Assembly: GCF_902459465.1 (NCBI RefSeq)
Contig: NC_047071.1
Span: forward strand, 10,354,001 to 10,418,000
Length of the DNA stretch: 64,000 nt
Source of the DNA: Asterias rubens
Taxonomy: Eukaryota
Direction: 5' to 3'
Position 1 is the first letter of the stretch. The number at the start of each line of letters is the position of its first letter. Both the position numbers and the translations under genes were made by a program. This document shows positions 47,101 through 60,432 of the stretch, piece after piece. Below the pieces are notes generated by a model that saw only the letters and a program-made list of their open reading frames with translations, was not told where the DNA came from and did not search any database.

Positions 47101-47236
47101 CGGGAAAAGTTTCCGTATGGCGCCACCACTTTTTCATTCGAAATAAAATAATATAGTATCTAATTTACCTGATTGATATATCCCTTTTTGTAAAAATGAG
47201 TGAAAAAGTGGTGGCGCCATACGGAAAGTTATCCCT
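47101..47236. mobile_element. Short MITE (~135 bp, ~33-bp TIR); single-end relatives near 18255-18275 and 29840-29875
   Basis: TTTCCGTATGGCGCCACCACTTTTT...AAAAAGTGGTGGCGCCATACGGAAA. Confidence 0.75.
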
Positions 47237-50200
47237 AATGTTAATACTAATAGATAAGATAAGGATGATATTCTTACATTAAACATGTCATGATGAACAC
47301 CCATGGAATGGTAGAAATGGTTACCCGCTAGAGCTCCACTGTCCGTATAATCAGCTTGGATCGTTATGGGAATTTACCGGTGCATACTCGGTTGGTTGTC
47401 ATCGCACATTGCACAATGCATGACCTTGTTGTTTTATTGGTGGCGTAGGCCAATGGAGGGCGCTCGCACAAAAATTCACACGATGATCAACGGACAACAA
47501 AAACTCATGGACTTTTGAACGATGATGCGGGTCACGAGGTCCCGCTTCAGCCCGGGGAAATTATTACCAACAAATATAGCTGAACATAATTTATGTGCGT
47601 GTATTCTTGCACTTTGGGTATAATAATAGGCTTTTGGACCTAACAACGAATTTGTATGAGCTTCTTATACTCGTATAAACCTGTCGGATAAGACGTGCAA
47701 CCTGGAGCGCCAAAGTTTCTGCAGGAGGCCCTCCAGCATAGCACCACACAATGCACCATAGATCTTATGAGCAATAATTATTAGCCTAAAAAATAATAAA
47801 TTGAAAGTATCATCCAGTATAACATCATTATTAATTATGTCTAATTATTATTTGTTTACCCTTGTCACTGCACTCAGATTTCAGGCATTATCATCGACCC
47901 ACGCTTGAGCTAGACTTGATTCAAGTCCCATTCTCGTGTGAGAGGTCCCTATAGCTATTACCTCAACTTACTATGAAACACGCGCTCGCCGTCAAAATGT
48001 GGTCCCGAGAACAGTAGTTTTCTAGGGGATGGCACGGGATTGGGACTTGAGTCAAGTCTACGCTTGATCCCGCGCCCATTCCATGCATTTTGCCTACCAT
48101 ACTTGCAGGCCTACTTGGGTATGATTATTGGTTGAGGATTTTGGGCAAGTTAATAAGGAAAACTACCAATAAACTGCAAATAAAAGTAAAATTGCTCCCC
48201 CCCCCTCCCCTCCGTTGATGCATCCCAATCTAGTCATAAACCCCGAAAGTTACCCGCACTGGTGGTAGGATATCAGTGATTCGTACAGCACAAGCTTCAC
48301 GGTGATTGATTTTTCCTGTTCTACTAAGGTTTTTTTTTCCACAAACGAAACCGGACTGACTTAACTGACATACACGCCGCAGGCCCTGTACATCAATATT
48401 TCAGAATTAACGATGAATTTAGAAGAAAGTACAACAATTATTTCGGAAACTATGTTTTTTGGAAAAGTTTTTCTACACCAAATAGGCAGACGCTTTATTA
48501 AAGGACGAAAAAAACCACGTGCAGATTAATGAGAATGCAAAGTAACTTTGTTTCCGTAGAATATTTATATAGGCCTAAAAATTAAGTGCTGTGCACAGAG
48601 AGGCGCCGCGCTTAACCAGTCATGCCCAGTGCCTGCCTCCTCATCTCTCATTACCCGGTGTTTGGTCAACATTCCCCTCCAGTGCTGTTCCCCTCATACA
48701 GATTATGCCTACTTTTAAAAAAAACCTACACTTTATACACACGCGCGTACCTGGCCGAGACAACAATGGAAACAATGTCATGAACTATATGGTCCCCTTA
48801 ATCCATTGAAGAGTATTAGGCCTAGTTGAGGGCGGCCGATTTTCTACCTTCCGCATAATTTTTTTTTATATAGATAATTAATTATCATGCTGTCATCACC
48901 ATCTTGGTTCCCTGATCCCTGTTTCCATAACAGTAATGAATACTAACATTCGTTGCGTAAACATGGCACCAGACTAATATTTCGTCCAGCCTCAGTTTGG
49001 TTACAATGAGTTGGAATGGAGTAAAGTCAAGATGGCTACACCGTGGTAAAGGTCCATTGTACAGTTTTTCCCATTGAGAAGACTCCCGAAGAAAGTTCAG
49101 AAAATCTACTCAGCGGTAGCGACAAGAACACAATCTACCTGGCAGCAAACGTAACCGGCAAAACAATGTATGGGATGTCGGACACTTCGTAATTTTGCCA
49201 GTGCTTACATGGACATGTCGTACCTTCCAGACACTTCGTACATACATGTAGGCCTATATCGAAAGTCACTTCGTACCCTCGGCCCAGGCGAGTCACACCT
49301 TCATTATGTGCATTCCAAGTTAATGTTCGTTGAGATACAAAATTAGACTTCGTCGTTTTTGTGTAATTATGTGAGTGTCCCTTTTAACGTGAAACTAATA
49401 TTTTGTTCATAAGCCATGTCCGCCAACAACAACATTTTCCGCCCATAACTTTTTTTTAAAGTTAAACAATCACACAGTCGTCCTTTCTCACAACAAAACA
49501 ATAATAATAGATGCCTAATGGTTTGATTTGCTTTCATCAACTGATCACAAAAGCACAAAATAATCACAATGATGCAGAAATCACAGTGTCTTGTGATAAG
49601 GTAGGCATACGAAGTGTCCAAAGTGACTACAGACTACTATGCAAAAATTACGAAGTGTCCAGGGTACGAAGTGTCGTGATACCTGTCATTGTAGGCGCCT
49701 ACCATACACAATAAAACTTTAGACCAATAATATTGAACCAGCTTGTTGTAGAGGCATTAACTGCACTGGACATGAACGAGCAACGGAGAGATGCTGCTAT
49801 TTCATAAAACACTATTAAGCAACTTTCTCATGCATCTGAAGGCCCACACATGTGCAACTTCTTATTTCTTGCAACTTCGGTAACCAATCAAGCCAAAAAT
49901 ATGTTCACACATGAGAATGCATGTTGGGATCATAAGAAACTAGGCATAATTATCTGTCTGACAAAAAATTGCAACTGTCAGTGCCTCCAAAATTAATATT
50001 GTAATAATTCAGTAAACAAGTTTGATTGTCGATTGTCGTGAATAAACAACTTAGTGCAAACTTTTCTACTGCTGAGCATCAATTTCTATTGGTTGAATGA
50101 ATCAAATCAGTCGAATTAAATAAGTTTATGACAAAATACTGGGAAGTTCTCAAGATAAGAAGAGGCAAAAGTGTGGGTGTGTACGTGTGTGCGACCTTCC

Positions 50201-50339
50201 CAACTAAACTGGCCCCCATGCCACCAACCAGTTTGAATTTTGACATACATGTACATACATCGAACAGCCAGATCATGACTTGTGAACTAAAGAGCTAGTA
50301 CAAGTCTATTAATCTATCGAACGGTGACGAAATCCAGTC

Positions 50340-50471
50340 AGAGTGACGTCATCACACAATATGGCCGTCTCTGACTTGTAAAAATGAAGTCTCCGAGGAA
50401 CGCTTCCGGAATCTTGAAATACTTGTTTACTGTGACAAATCACGAGCTCTAAAACACCGATTGAATTGAAG
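50340..50471 (+). promoter_or_regulatory. Candidate promoter and non-coding first exon of an unidentified + strand transcript
   Basis: Perfect CRE TGACGTCA (50344-50351), YY1-like AATATGGCCG, ETS-like CTTCCGGA, a CpG-richer patch, and a consensus donor AAG|GTAAGT at 50471/50472. Confidence 0.45.
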
Positions 50472-51782
50472 GTAAGTTATGTGTCCCTTCAGCCTGCTTG
50501 TTGCGGACGAAAATGGCTATATTCAGTGGTTAACATTTAACGTTTAGAATTAGAGTGTCTGCTGCGCGCTGCGCCCATGTTGAGCTGGGCATCAATGTTC
50601 AATACACAAAATGTCAGTCACGTCAAACTTCAGATATAATTCATGTTGTCTCATTTTGTATTGTCGAGTCTTTCTTTTCATGTTTAAAAAGTGAAAACAG
50701 TGTATATTTGGCACCATATATTATTAAATTTTAAGCCCGAGCACTTTCCTTTCGTTTTTGGTTTTGTTTCGGGGGTTGGTCCTGCTGGATTTTGTTGGAT
50801 TGTTGGAGGGGTGTGTGTTTGTGTGTGAGGAGGAGGTGAACGAGTCGTTGATGCAGAATTGCAAATGTACGGTATCATGATTTTTGTACAAACTGTACCT
50901 TGCTTTATCAACAGTGTAACCTCATGTAAATGTCAATGCATTGTGATTTTGACATGAATTTGATGTCACAACTCTATTTTCGTTGCGATATTCGCGATGT
51001 AAGACTCAGTCAGAGAGTTAAAATAAAACTTAAAGCACAACCACAACAACTCAACTGCCTGCTGCTGCGAATTATTTGTTGCAAATTTGTGACGTCAACA
51101 TTCGTATTGCATTCGCAGGAAGTACGAACCGAGCTGTAGTCTCAGTCATTAATAATTAATGTTATTACACGAACTTCAAGAGTAGCAGGATAACAAATGC
51201 ACACCCATCCATCTCCACCATAGGAAAAAAGCAGATCCACCCTTCTGTCCTGTTGTACTGTGATTTTGGTCATGGATGGAGAGCTTTTGTCGCATTATGC
51301 GCTACAAATGTGGAGCAACTCAATGAATTTCATGTCAAAACTGAAGCAAAAAATGTTGATTACTGTACATTGTTACAAGCGTTAGTCTGTGAACTACATG
51401 TAATAAACAATGTACCATGGAGCAATATTATAATTTAGTTTGTTGCTCCATCCATCGTAACTAAAGTTACATTAAGTTAAGGTATAGAATATTCATAAAG
51501 CTTAATTTTATAAAGTGAGGGTGCCGATATTGTTCTTTGGCTGGTGATGACATAAACTTGCAAAGAATATTGTGGAGTGTGTACAAAGTATTCACAATAA
51601 CATCGTAATAAAGGTTTATCACAATTCAGAACCACAATGCATCATGGGAAGGGCCAGGCAGAGGGGGCATTCGACGATGCGGTGTACATGTATGTTGTCG
51701 TGCACAACGTACGTGCGCATGTATGACCTATCTCTGTGTGGGTTCAACAGCGCCCTCTTTTGATATTTTGCTATTTGTGTTA

Positions 51783-52178
51783 TTTAAAGGCTATTGGTAA
51801 TTGCTCAAAATAATTATTAGCATAAAACCTTACTTGGTGACAATTAATGGGGAGAGGTTGATGGTATAAAACGATGTGAGAAACGGCTCCCTCTGAAGTG
51901 ACATAGTTTTAGAGAAAGAAGTAATTTTCCACGGATTTGATTTCGAGACCTCACGTTTAGAATTTGAGGTCTCGAAACCAACGATCTAAACGCACACAAC
52001 TTAGTGTGACAAGGGTGTTTTGTTCTTTCGTTATTATCTCGCAACTTCGACGACCAATTGAGCTCAAATTTGCACCTAAGGTTTGTTATGTTATAAAATG
52101 CATATGTTGAGATACACCGTACACCAAGTGAGAAGACTGGTCTTTGGCAATTAGGTCAATAGTGTACCTAGCCTTTAA
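51783..52178 (+). mobile_element. Kolobok-type MITE family A copy
   Basis: Family A body, ending in GCCTTTAA. Confidence 0.8.
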
Positions 52179-52571
52179 CTTTGTTTACGAAGTCAGTAGG
52201 CCTACAGAAAGCTATATTGTGTTTTAACTTTCCTTTAAATATTCTTTTAAAATGAATGTGAATTCAAGAACAAATTATAATTCTGAAAACTTTTTAAATG
52301 AATACCAATTTTTGCAATGGTACAGCTGACCTTTATACCCTAAACGTTGTAGGCCCTACGCAATGGAGGATTCCAACCTGGGTTATTCTCGTCTACATGA
52401 TTTGGCCTGATTTTTGTAAACTTTGTATTTTGGTGATGATAATTAGTTTGAATGAAGTCAGAGTAAAAGGGTTTCTGAGTTACATGCACACAATCATTTG
52501 TTGATAAATGGTTTAAGTGGACACAAGTGTTACATGTACTAAATATCAATATAAACCACAACGCCAATATA

Positions 52572-52666
52572 GGGCTAGTGAGCTCAGTTGGTAGAGCGCC
52601 GGCACGTTAATCCGGAGGTCGTTGGTTCGAATCCCACTCTAGTCAATTCTTTGTTCAACCCCAAAA
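52572..52666 (+). mobile_element. tRNA-derived short SINE (Asn-like GTT loop); 5'-truncated minus copy at 1886-1949
   Basis: A box TGAGCTCAGTTGG and B box GGTTCGAATCC are present. The anticodon loop ACGTTAA lacks U33, and the non-tRNA tail ATTCTTTGTTCAACCCCAAAA is shared with the 1886-1949 copy. Confidence 0.7.
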
Positions 52667-55600
52667 ATTATGTACTAAATATGTCAAAGACTTGAGATTT
52701 GGTAGTACATGTACCATGTACATGAAGAGACGTTTTGTAGATGTTCTTGGCAACGCAACAATGAGTAGGGCTGCTCATATCCTTAATTTGTTGTCAATTT
52801 GTGGGTGTTTTTGTTTGTGACAGCTTTAACAAAAAACGACAGACTGTCCTTTTCAGTATTGAAATAACGTGCATAATTTATTTATCGTTTTATTAAAGAC
52901 TTCTCAATGTAAAAGAAGTACGGAGTTAGTGACACTAAAACTACTGGCTTCGGGCCTGTGGTCCAGTGTCAAATTTGAGCCCTGATGTAGGTAATGAACA
53001 ACTCATCGGTCTGTGCCCCCTTGCTTGATACTCGGAAATCAATTGCTTTTATTGAGGATTTCCTGACAATCCGGCTGGAGTAATTGGATACATCAAAATG
53101 GAGAAAGAACACTTTACATAGACATTTGATGCACTGCAGTTGTAGTTCAGTTCTGTAATACCTCGGACCATTGGATGGTTAGACTGCAGGACTTGCAATC
53201 ACAAGGTTGTGGGTTCTAATCCTCCCAATGTACACTATACTTATTTATGTATCGTACATTTGAACTGTTGTTCACGAGGTAGCCAGTCCAAAAAGGGCAG
53301 TACAATGAACGTCAGATGTTTTAAAAAAAGTAAAATCAAAGCAATGTGACAAATTTGTACATGATAACTGGTTTGGCATGCTCTGTTTTAAAAAATTCAT
53401 TTTATATTGTACACTTATGAGAATTGTTTATAAAAATAGATGAACAAGTGTGTACAGTATACATCCAGTCTGTACTACACATGTATGTACAATGCGATGT
53501 TTGTACTACATGTACATGTACATGTACTACGTACTTGTACTACGTACTTAGGGAATAATTAACTTGAAATTTGATCATCTGATTTGTATTAATTTATTGT
53601 CGAGAATATTCTTGTCCCTAAGACTCGAGTCATGCGTTTAATTAAAATAACTCATCTCCAACTACAGGTCGTTATGATACTTAATGAACTGACCTCATTA
53701 ATTTATGTGTAATGGAGCTTGAAGCCCCACTCCCCCACACACCCGTTTTTTGTACATTGTGTTTGTATTTTTGCTGTGCAGTTTTTTCCAGATCATTGAA
53801 CTTGATATAAGAAGAATGATATGGACATGTACATGTACTACATTAATCAAGCATGCACTGGTTAAATGTAGGGGTGGAAATCCACTATTGATCAGCTTGA
53901 CCACTTGGTGTGGTACATGTACATGTACATGTAGGTCAAACCATAGAGAAAAAACCACTGTGGTCCTTTCTCTATGGTCAAACTGTTGACTGAAACAGAA
54001 CTGTCTTTACAAGGACCAGAACTTATGTTACATACTGTACATAAGCAATAGGGGTGGGTGAGGTTGGCGAGACGAGGTTTTGTTTAGCTGCATGAAATGT
54101 TTCTCAGATTGATCATTTTAAATCCCCAACTGCATGCCAAAATTGTGTTTCTGAGTAGCTCGTCTGATACATTTTGTGCACCATTATTTGCTATGCTGTC
54201 TGTGCAAGGGATATCGTGCACTAAATATGTTACAACCAATCTGTGGCAAATGCCGTGGGTGCCCCAAGGCTGTCTGTGTTGTGGCTTGCCATGGCCTTTG
54301 TAAAGTTACAATACAATGTTTTCCCGGGAACTAGAATTAACCATGAAGTAAAATTGCCTGAGCTCTTCAAGAAAGAAAAAAAAAACCCATCTCAGTCAAA
54401 GCCCTGATACCATGGATACAGCAAATGTCAACTTTTGAATCCAGAAATGTTCTACTCTTTTGGCAATCAAAAGTAGTTTTGTCAAAGTTTTAGCCAGTGG
54501 TAATCTTGTTAAATTCATTTTTAGTGAATATTATAATATTTGTTTTGAGTGAAGATACTGTGCAGCATGACCCAAAGGACATTTCAGTACATGATCACAT
54601 TCATACGGCATCGTCCAAAGGTTGATACATGTACATGTAGCTTCATGTGTACAGCTTAGTCTTATCATTGATCAGCTTAAGAGCGGAGCAAAGACTGCCT
54701 GTCCATCTACAGGGTACATGACAGTGGAGGTCTGCAACTTACTGATTGCAGATAAAGTCAATTCATCATGTAAATCTGGCAAACAGCAGTAAAAACAAAT
54801 TCAAGATTTAGCCTAGATGTTGCGGTACCAGTGCATGTTCATTTCCCTGCACATGTTGAACAATTTGTCAAAGCAAACACACATATTCCTCGCATGTTTG
54901 CAGTCAGAAGTAAATTTAACTGACCCCCCCTTCCCCCTCCAATGTACTACGAGGAGGGAGGAGGGGGGGGGGGCTGGGTAATTTTATTTTATTAACAGGC
55001 CACAGGCCCAATTCATGGTGGCAACAGTTGCCCACTACGCAAGCTGCCTTGGTGTCCCTTCAGATGTTCCACTACAAATTTCCATTTCAATCATCATTAA
55101 GGGAGGGGGTGGGGGGGGGGGAGGCACTACTACAGACAATTTTCCCGGCCCTACAGCAGCATGTGTACAATAAATCCTTACCGTTGTTACTGACCTGTAA
55201 AATTACCTTTTAATTTGTATTTTCTCTAGGGTTAAAAACTTTATGGATTGAATGTCATTGTTTTTTAAAATTGTTACATGTAAGCGTTCAGGAGCTTGTT
55301 TTACGAATGGCACGATCATAATTTGAAGTCTGCTGTTTTAAACCATGGTTTGATTGTCTAAAGTGTAGGGCCTAGGATGCATGACATGTACATGTATGAG
55401 CCAGGAGGGTTTTCTAGCCAGCTTAGGTTAGATGCTACACACTACATTGTGTGCATGTGTGGCTGACTGATTCCATTTTGCGGATTATGATTTATTGGCG
55501 CCCACTGACTTTGACTCTTATGGAAAATGTACGTGTTTAAATAATTTAATTAATTCAAGTACATTGGAAGTGCATTCAGATACAATTTAGAAGTTAACGC

Positions 55601-56054
55601 TTTAGAGTGGCCTCACTCAATCCTCGCATTCAATAAACAAAGGCCACAGAGGCCATTGCCTCTGATGTTTTGAGTGTTGCCCGTACTCTTTGCTATTGTG
55701 CCCTCTAAAAGTTTTCCATAGACATTCAGATGTTCTTTGATGGAAGTGCCCCTTGAAAAATGAAAAGAACCTTGCCCTCTCAATGATGAAAATTTCCAGG
55801 CCTGTTCACTAGCTTTTGTACCTGTGTGTATGAACACAGATGCAGGAATGATGTTTATAGACCTTATCTTGGTTCTGCCATCTTGACTTTTCCCCATTGG
55901 TTTCAATGTTACCAAACCTAGGCTGGAAGAACAAAATAGTCTGGTTACTATTTTCAAAATGATTATTAGCGTTCATTATTGTTATTCGATACGTGGAACA
56001 TGACCAAGATGGAGGCAGCATGATAAAGGTGTATGGAATTGAATTGATGTTAAT

Positions 56055-56205
56055 TGAATGGGAGACTTTATGGGACGATAGAGGGCAGCAGACTTACCGG
56101 GTAAATCCATTGTTCTCAGAATTATGCGCATGTTCAGAACTACGTAAACAATGGAAACTTACCCGGTATGTCTGCTGCCACCTAGCGTTGGAAAGTCTCC
56201 TATTG
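56055..56205. mobile_element. Palindromic MITE-like element (~150 bp)
   Basis: Left arm GGAGACTTT..ACGATAGAGGGCAGCAGACTTACCGGGTAA and right arm TTACCCGGTATGTCTGCTGCCACCTAGCGTTGGAAAGTCTCC are reverse complements with a few mismatches. Confidence 0.75.
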
Positions 56206-56694
56206 AATTGAAATTGTACAATGTACATGATTACAGCGATGCAGATCTGATTACTTGTACACTGTATGAAGTTTTTCCTTGTTGAGGCCCAGTGCACTTG
56301 CTGTACATGCTTGTATGTTCGTCTTTACACCAGCATTTTACCTTAATACCATGTGGTCTGCTGCCCAAATGACAGCTAAAACACGAGAGGACCATAACAT
56401 TCTATTTAAGGATTTTTTCTTAATGCCATGATCAAGTTAACAGTCCATATCAACAATTGTAGAATTCGATATTGAGCTTACGTACATTGTGGTTACATGC
56501 ACCAGTGATTGTGAGTTTAATTTTGTGTGTACACACAAAATTGACAAATAGATTCCAATTCCAACATATTTAATTTAACACATTGCAAGTCCTTTACTAA
56601 GCTTTACATTAGGATTACTGTCGGCCCATCAAATATGTGGAGACCCATCACAACAAGCCTTGACATTAGTTGGTCTCTAGACAAAACCCCCTCA

Positions 56695-56958
56695 GTCAGA
56701 CTGGAGCCATCATCAACAGAACCCCCCCCCCCCATGATCATTTGTAACTACATATTACCATATAATTATTACACAGCAGGCCTAAGTCTGAACATTGAAT
56801 TTGCCTGTTCATCAATGGCCGCACTGTCAGACTGGAGCCATCATCAACAGAACCCCCCCCCCCCCATGATCATTTGTAACTACATATTACCATATAATTA
56901 TTACACAGCAGGCCTAAGTCTGAACATTGAATTTGCCTGTTCATCAATGGCCGCACTG
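56695..56958. repeat. 131-bp direct tandem duplication
   Basis: GTCAGACTGGAGCCATCATCAACAGAACCCCC...ATCAATGGCCGCACTGT occurs twice (56695, 56826). Confidence 0.95.
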
Positions 56959-57662
56959 TGCGACACAGAAAACATGACTACTGAAATCATAAGGCCAAGT
57001 AAATAAATAATATGTTTCTCGGCTGCACCTGCTACGATTTTGGGTTTTGCACAATTTTCTTTTTTTTTTAAACAAAATAAAATATCTGAAATCAATCGGA
57101 GATAAAATTTATCGGAGTTAAATACAATATAAGCTTAAATCGGAGTCAAAATGGCCGCACAAGTAGGCCTACATGTCCATGCCAACTGTATACGGAAATT
57201 GAGGACAATTCAAAAATCATATTATTGTAAAAAAAAAAAAACAATGGTGTGCAAATTCCACATTTTCTGAAATATCTCTGACGATTAGTTCATTTGTTTC
57301 TAACCATTTCCAAAAACTATTTTTGAATATTTGTGTTTGTGAACATTGCTTCCTACAGACTTTGGCTGTCTGTTTTTAGTTTGCATTATGGCTTTCCATA
57401 TTTTTCCAACATCGTATGTTGCAACGGTCATCTTAAACATGGTGGCCAGCTTGAAAAAAAAAAAAAACCCAATTATTGATAAAAGGTCTGGACGAGCAAC
57501 ATGTTGCTTATTTTATTTGGCCTAATGAGCTACAGTATGGTCTACAGTATCGATTTACTGGAGTTTGTGGCATCTTGACTATGAAACGAGAATTTTAGCA
57601 TTGATGTCTTATACAAGCCGCATTCTCTGCTCAGAGGGGTAGTGTACGAGCGTCCAAATGTT

Positions 57663-58046
57663 TTAAGGCAGTGGACACTATTGGTAATTACTGAAAATAA
57701 TTATTAGCATAAAATCTTTCTTGGTGACGAGTAATGGGGAGAGGTTGATGGTATAAAACATTGTGACAAACGGCTCCCTCTGAAGTGCCGTAGTTTTCGA
57801 GAAAGGAGTAATTTTTCATGAATTTTATTTCGAAACCTCAGATTTAGAACTTGAGGTCTAAAATCAACCATCTAAACGCACACAACTGTGACAAAGGTGT
57901 TTTTCTTTCATATATTATCTTTCATATAAGTTCGAAGACCGATTGAGCTCAAATTTTCACAGGTTTGTTATGTTATGCTTATATGTTGAGATACACTAAC
58001 TGTGAAGGCTAGTCTTTGCAATTACCAATAGTGTCCACTGCCGTAA
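57663..58046 (+). mobile_element. Kolobok-type MITE family A copy
   Basis: TTAAGGCAGTGGACACTATTGGTAATT...AATTACCAATAGTGTCCACTGCC. Confidence 0.85.
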
Positions 58047-58329
58047 AGATGCAGCTTCTGCTCCAATGTTGAATTTGTTTTTTTGGGGGGGGGGGAGTGA
58101 CACTTGGAATAGTAAGGGTAGCAGACCTGATACCTCGAGGAGGCGTAAGGGTGATTGCCTCCATGCCCCCCTGATCATTGCCTTGGTGCCCTTGATATGC
58201 TTCAGAGGACGTTTACAGTTTTCTTGTGCCCTGAGGAGGAGAAAATGCCAGGAGGAGAAAATGCCAGGAGGAGAAAATGCCTTGTTGCCCTTGCCCTTTC
58301 AAAACTGAAGCTTACACCTGTTCAAGCCT

Positions 58330-58532
58330 GGGCCCAATTTCATAATCTGCTGCAGCTTTTAAAAGCAGAAAATAATTATTTCCTAAACAATTTCCTGCTT
58401 AGCAGGAACGAGCAGGATACCGGCCACAAATCTTAGTTTGGCTTCTTGTAACCTTTTAATCTTGTGAGTAGTAATCATGTTGTTGTGCTTAGCTACTTTT
58501 TGTGCTAAAAGCAGCTCAAAGAAAATTGGGCC
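58330..58532. mobile_element. MITE with GGGCCCAATTTC TIRs (PIF/Harbinger-like ends); related copies or ends at 13350, 23090-23115, 40857-41080, 41741, 55040
   Basis: GGGCCCAATTTCAT...GAAATTGGGCCC; the terminal motif recurs across the window. Confidence 0.65.
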
Positions 58533-58946
58533 CTTTGGTAGTGAAGATGTTTGTTTGAATGTGGACGAGTTATACTCTGTGTAATTTAATTGAGACGATC
58601 AGAAAGTGTGTGTGTATGGACTATATGGCTTGGCCATATTCAAACTTTGGACTCGTTCAAGTGCGGGATTGCATTTTTCTTCACACATTTCAAGTAATGC
58701 ACTTGGGATCCCAAGGTTCGGAGAATGTACGCACAGAGACTTCGTGGTCCATGTGATTACAGCGTATTCACGTACGTGTAATGTAATAACCTTGGCTTTT
58801 GTCACACCATGTCGTACAAATGTATGTAATGTAGAGCTGTTGAAGGATAAATTAATTTTCCAAGCAGAATTAAGTTCAAGTTTGTACTGGCATTGGCAGG
58901 TAGCCAGAAAATACTGTGTTGCTTTTAGGTGACTGTTAAAAAAATT

Positions 58947-59028
58947 TGTTGAGGGAGGGATTCGAACCCCTGCGGGGAGATCCCAACAGAATTAACTTTG
59001 ACGCGTTAGACCACTCGGCTATCTCAAC
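58947..59028 (-). pseudogene. tRNA-Leu-like pseudogene (type II, long variable arm)
   Basis: Minus strand GTTGAGATAGCCGAGTGGTCTAACGCGTCAAAGTTAATTCTGTTGGGATCTCCCCGCAGGGGTTCGAATCCCTCCCTCAACA (82 nt). It has a 6/7 acceptor stem, a Leu-type D loop, a GGGA-TC-TCCC variable stem, an intact T loop and a T7 run just downstream, but a broken anticodon arm. Confidence 0.65.
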
Positions 59029-60002
59029 AAGTCATAATTTTCTAGTTAAATAATTGTTCTATATAATTTTTTTTATATCATCAGAGCATGGTTGTTTCCA
59101 TAATTGAGCAGAGAGGGGGTGTGAGAAAACATGTGATGATTATTAAATTATTATTATGTAGGCCTACCATTTTCTGTCTTAAAATGTATTGTCATAAAGT
59201 GCTCATCCAGCTGTTTTTTATGCATTTTCATTCTTAAAAATTGAGGTTTTTTTTCATGTAGAAATTGTAATATCTGTACCGACATTTGAGTGTAACTGTA
59301 AACCTGTCTGAATCCTTTACTTGATTTAAGGAGATTACTAAATCAATTAACATAAATGAAGACATAATTCTCTGCAAATAAGACATGCATGTAGTGCATG
59401 CACATCAACCTCTCATGATCGTTAGACAAAACCGTCCAAACAGCCCCTCGGCTGATAACCATGGTCGCAACCGGGTCACTATATCCCAGAAACGAGGAGA
59501 CGGGCAACATGAGAGGGGCCGTGGCGAAGACAGACTGAATTGGTTCAGTGTGAATAACGAACTATGAGTCAGCGAATGGTTGAAACAAGAGATAATGTAT
59601 GTACACATGAACCATGTATTTTCTTAAGTACTACATTACAATGTTATACAATATTCAGCAATACATTGTTATTGTACCATGTATCAGCATACACTGTACC
59701 CTGTCAGTGTTTTTATGCAAGAGATTGTTGATAGCAAGTCATAAATGTGACTGGTTTAAAGTTTGATGAAGTCCACAAGACCCACAGGGGCTGGCTTATA
59801 AAGCTCAAAGAAGAAAAGTTATTCAGAACAATAATTTGTTATTTTAAATGTAATATTTTGCTAGTTGTGTTCCACAGTGATAAGCATTGCAGTCCTGTCA
59901 TGCCTGTCAGTAATTTTTAATATTAGAGATTCTTGATAGCAAGTCAAGAATATGTGGGGCATGTGTAGCGTGTGAATGGTTTAAAGTTTGATGAAGTTGC
60001 CC

Positions 60003-60432
60003 TTCAAAACATTGTAAGAAACAGCTCCCTCTGGTGTGACGTAGTTTTCAAGAAAGAAGTAATTTTCCATGAATTTGATTTCGAGACCTCAAGTTTAGAA
60101 TTTGAGGTCTCAAAATCAAGCATCAGACATGTCAGAAGGCACACAACTTCGTGTGACAAGGCTGTTTTAGTTTTCAAGAAAGAAGTAATTTTCCACGAAT
60201 TTGATTTCGAGACCTCAAGTTTAGAATTTGAGGTCTCAAAATCAAGCATCAGACATGTCAGAAGGCACACAACTTCGTGTGACAAGGCTGTTTTTTCTTT
60301 CATTATTATCTCGCAAATTCGACGACCGATTGAGCTAAAATTTTCACTGGTTTGTTATTTTATGCATTGTTGAGATACCCCAACTGTGAAGACTAGTCTT
60401 TGACAATTACCAATAGTGTCCACTGTCTTTAA
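60003..60432 (+). mobile_element. 5'-truncated family A MITE with an internal 126-bp tandem duplication (60042-60293)
   Basis: The duplicated block explains the repeated peptides in ORFs 59972-60373 and 60004-60303. It ends CAATAGTGTCCACTGTCTTTAA. Confidence 0.85.

Noticed and set aside
48254-48420. Candidate minus-strand first exon for the TIR gene (donor GCGG|GTAACT)
   Set aside because: The donor is weak and has no independent support.
52572-52645. Apparent tRNA-Asn(GTT) gene
   Set aside because: It lacks U33, has an imperfect anticodon and acceptor stem, and shares a non-tRNA tail with a second copy at 1886-1949, so it is a SINE.
56635-57006. 123-aa ORF with an internal repeat
   Set aside because: It results from the 131-bp tandem duplication; there is no domain signature or splice support.
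59972-60373. 133-aa and 99-aa ORFs with duplicated peptides
   Set aside because: They lie inside a family A MITE with a 126-bp internal duplication; similar peptides appear at 6743, 35906 and 51844.
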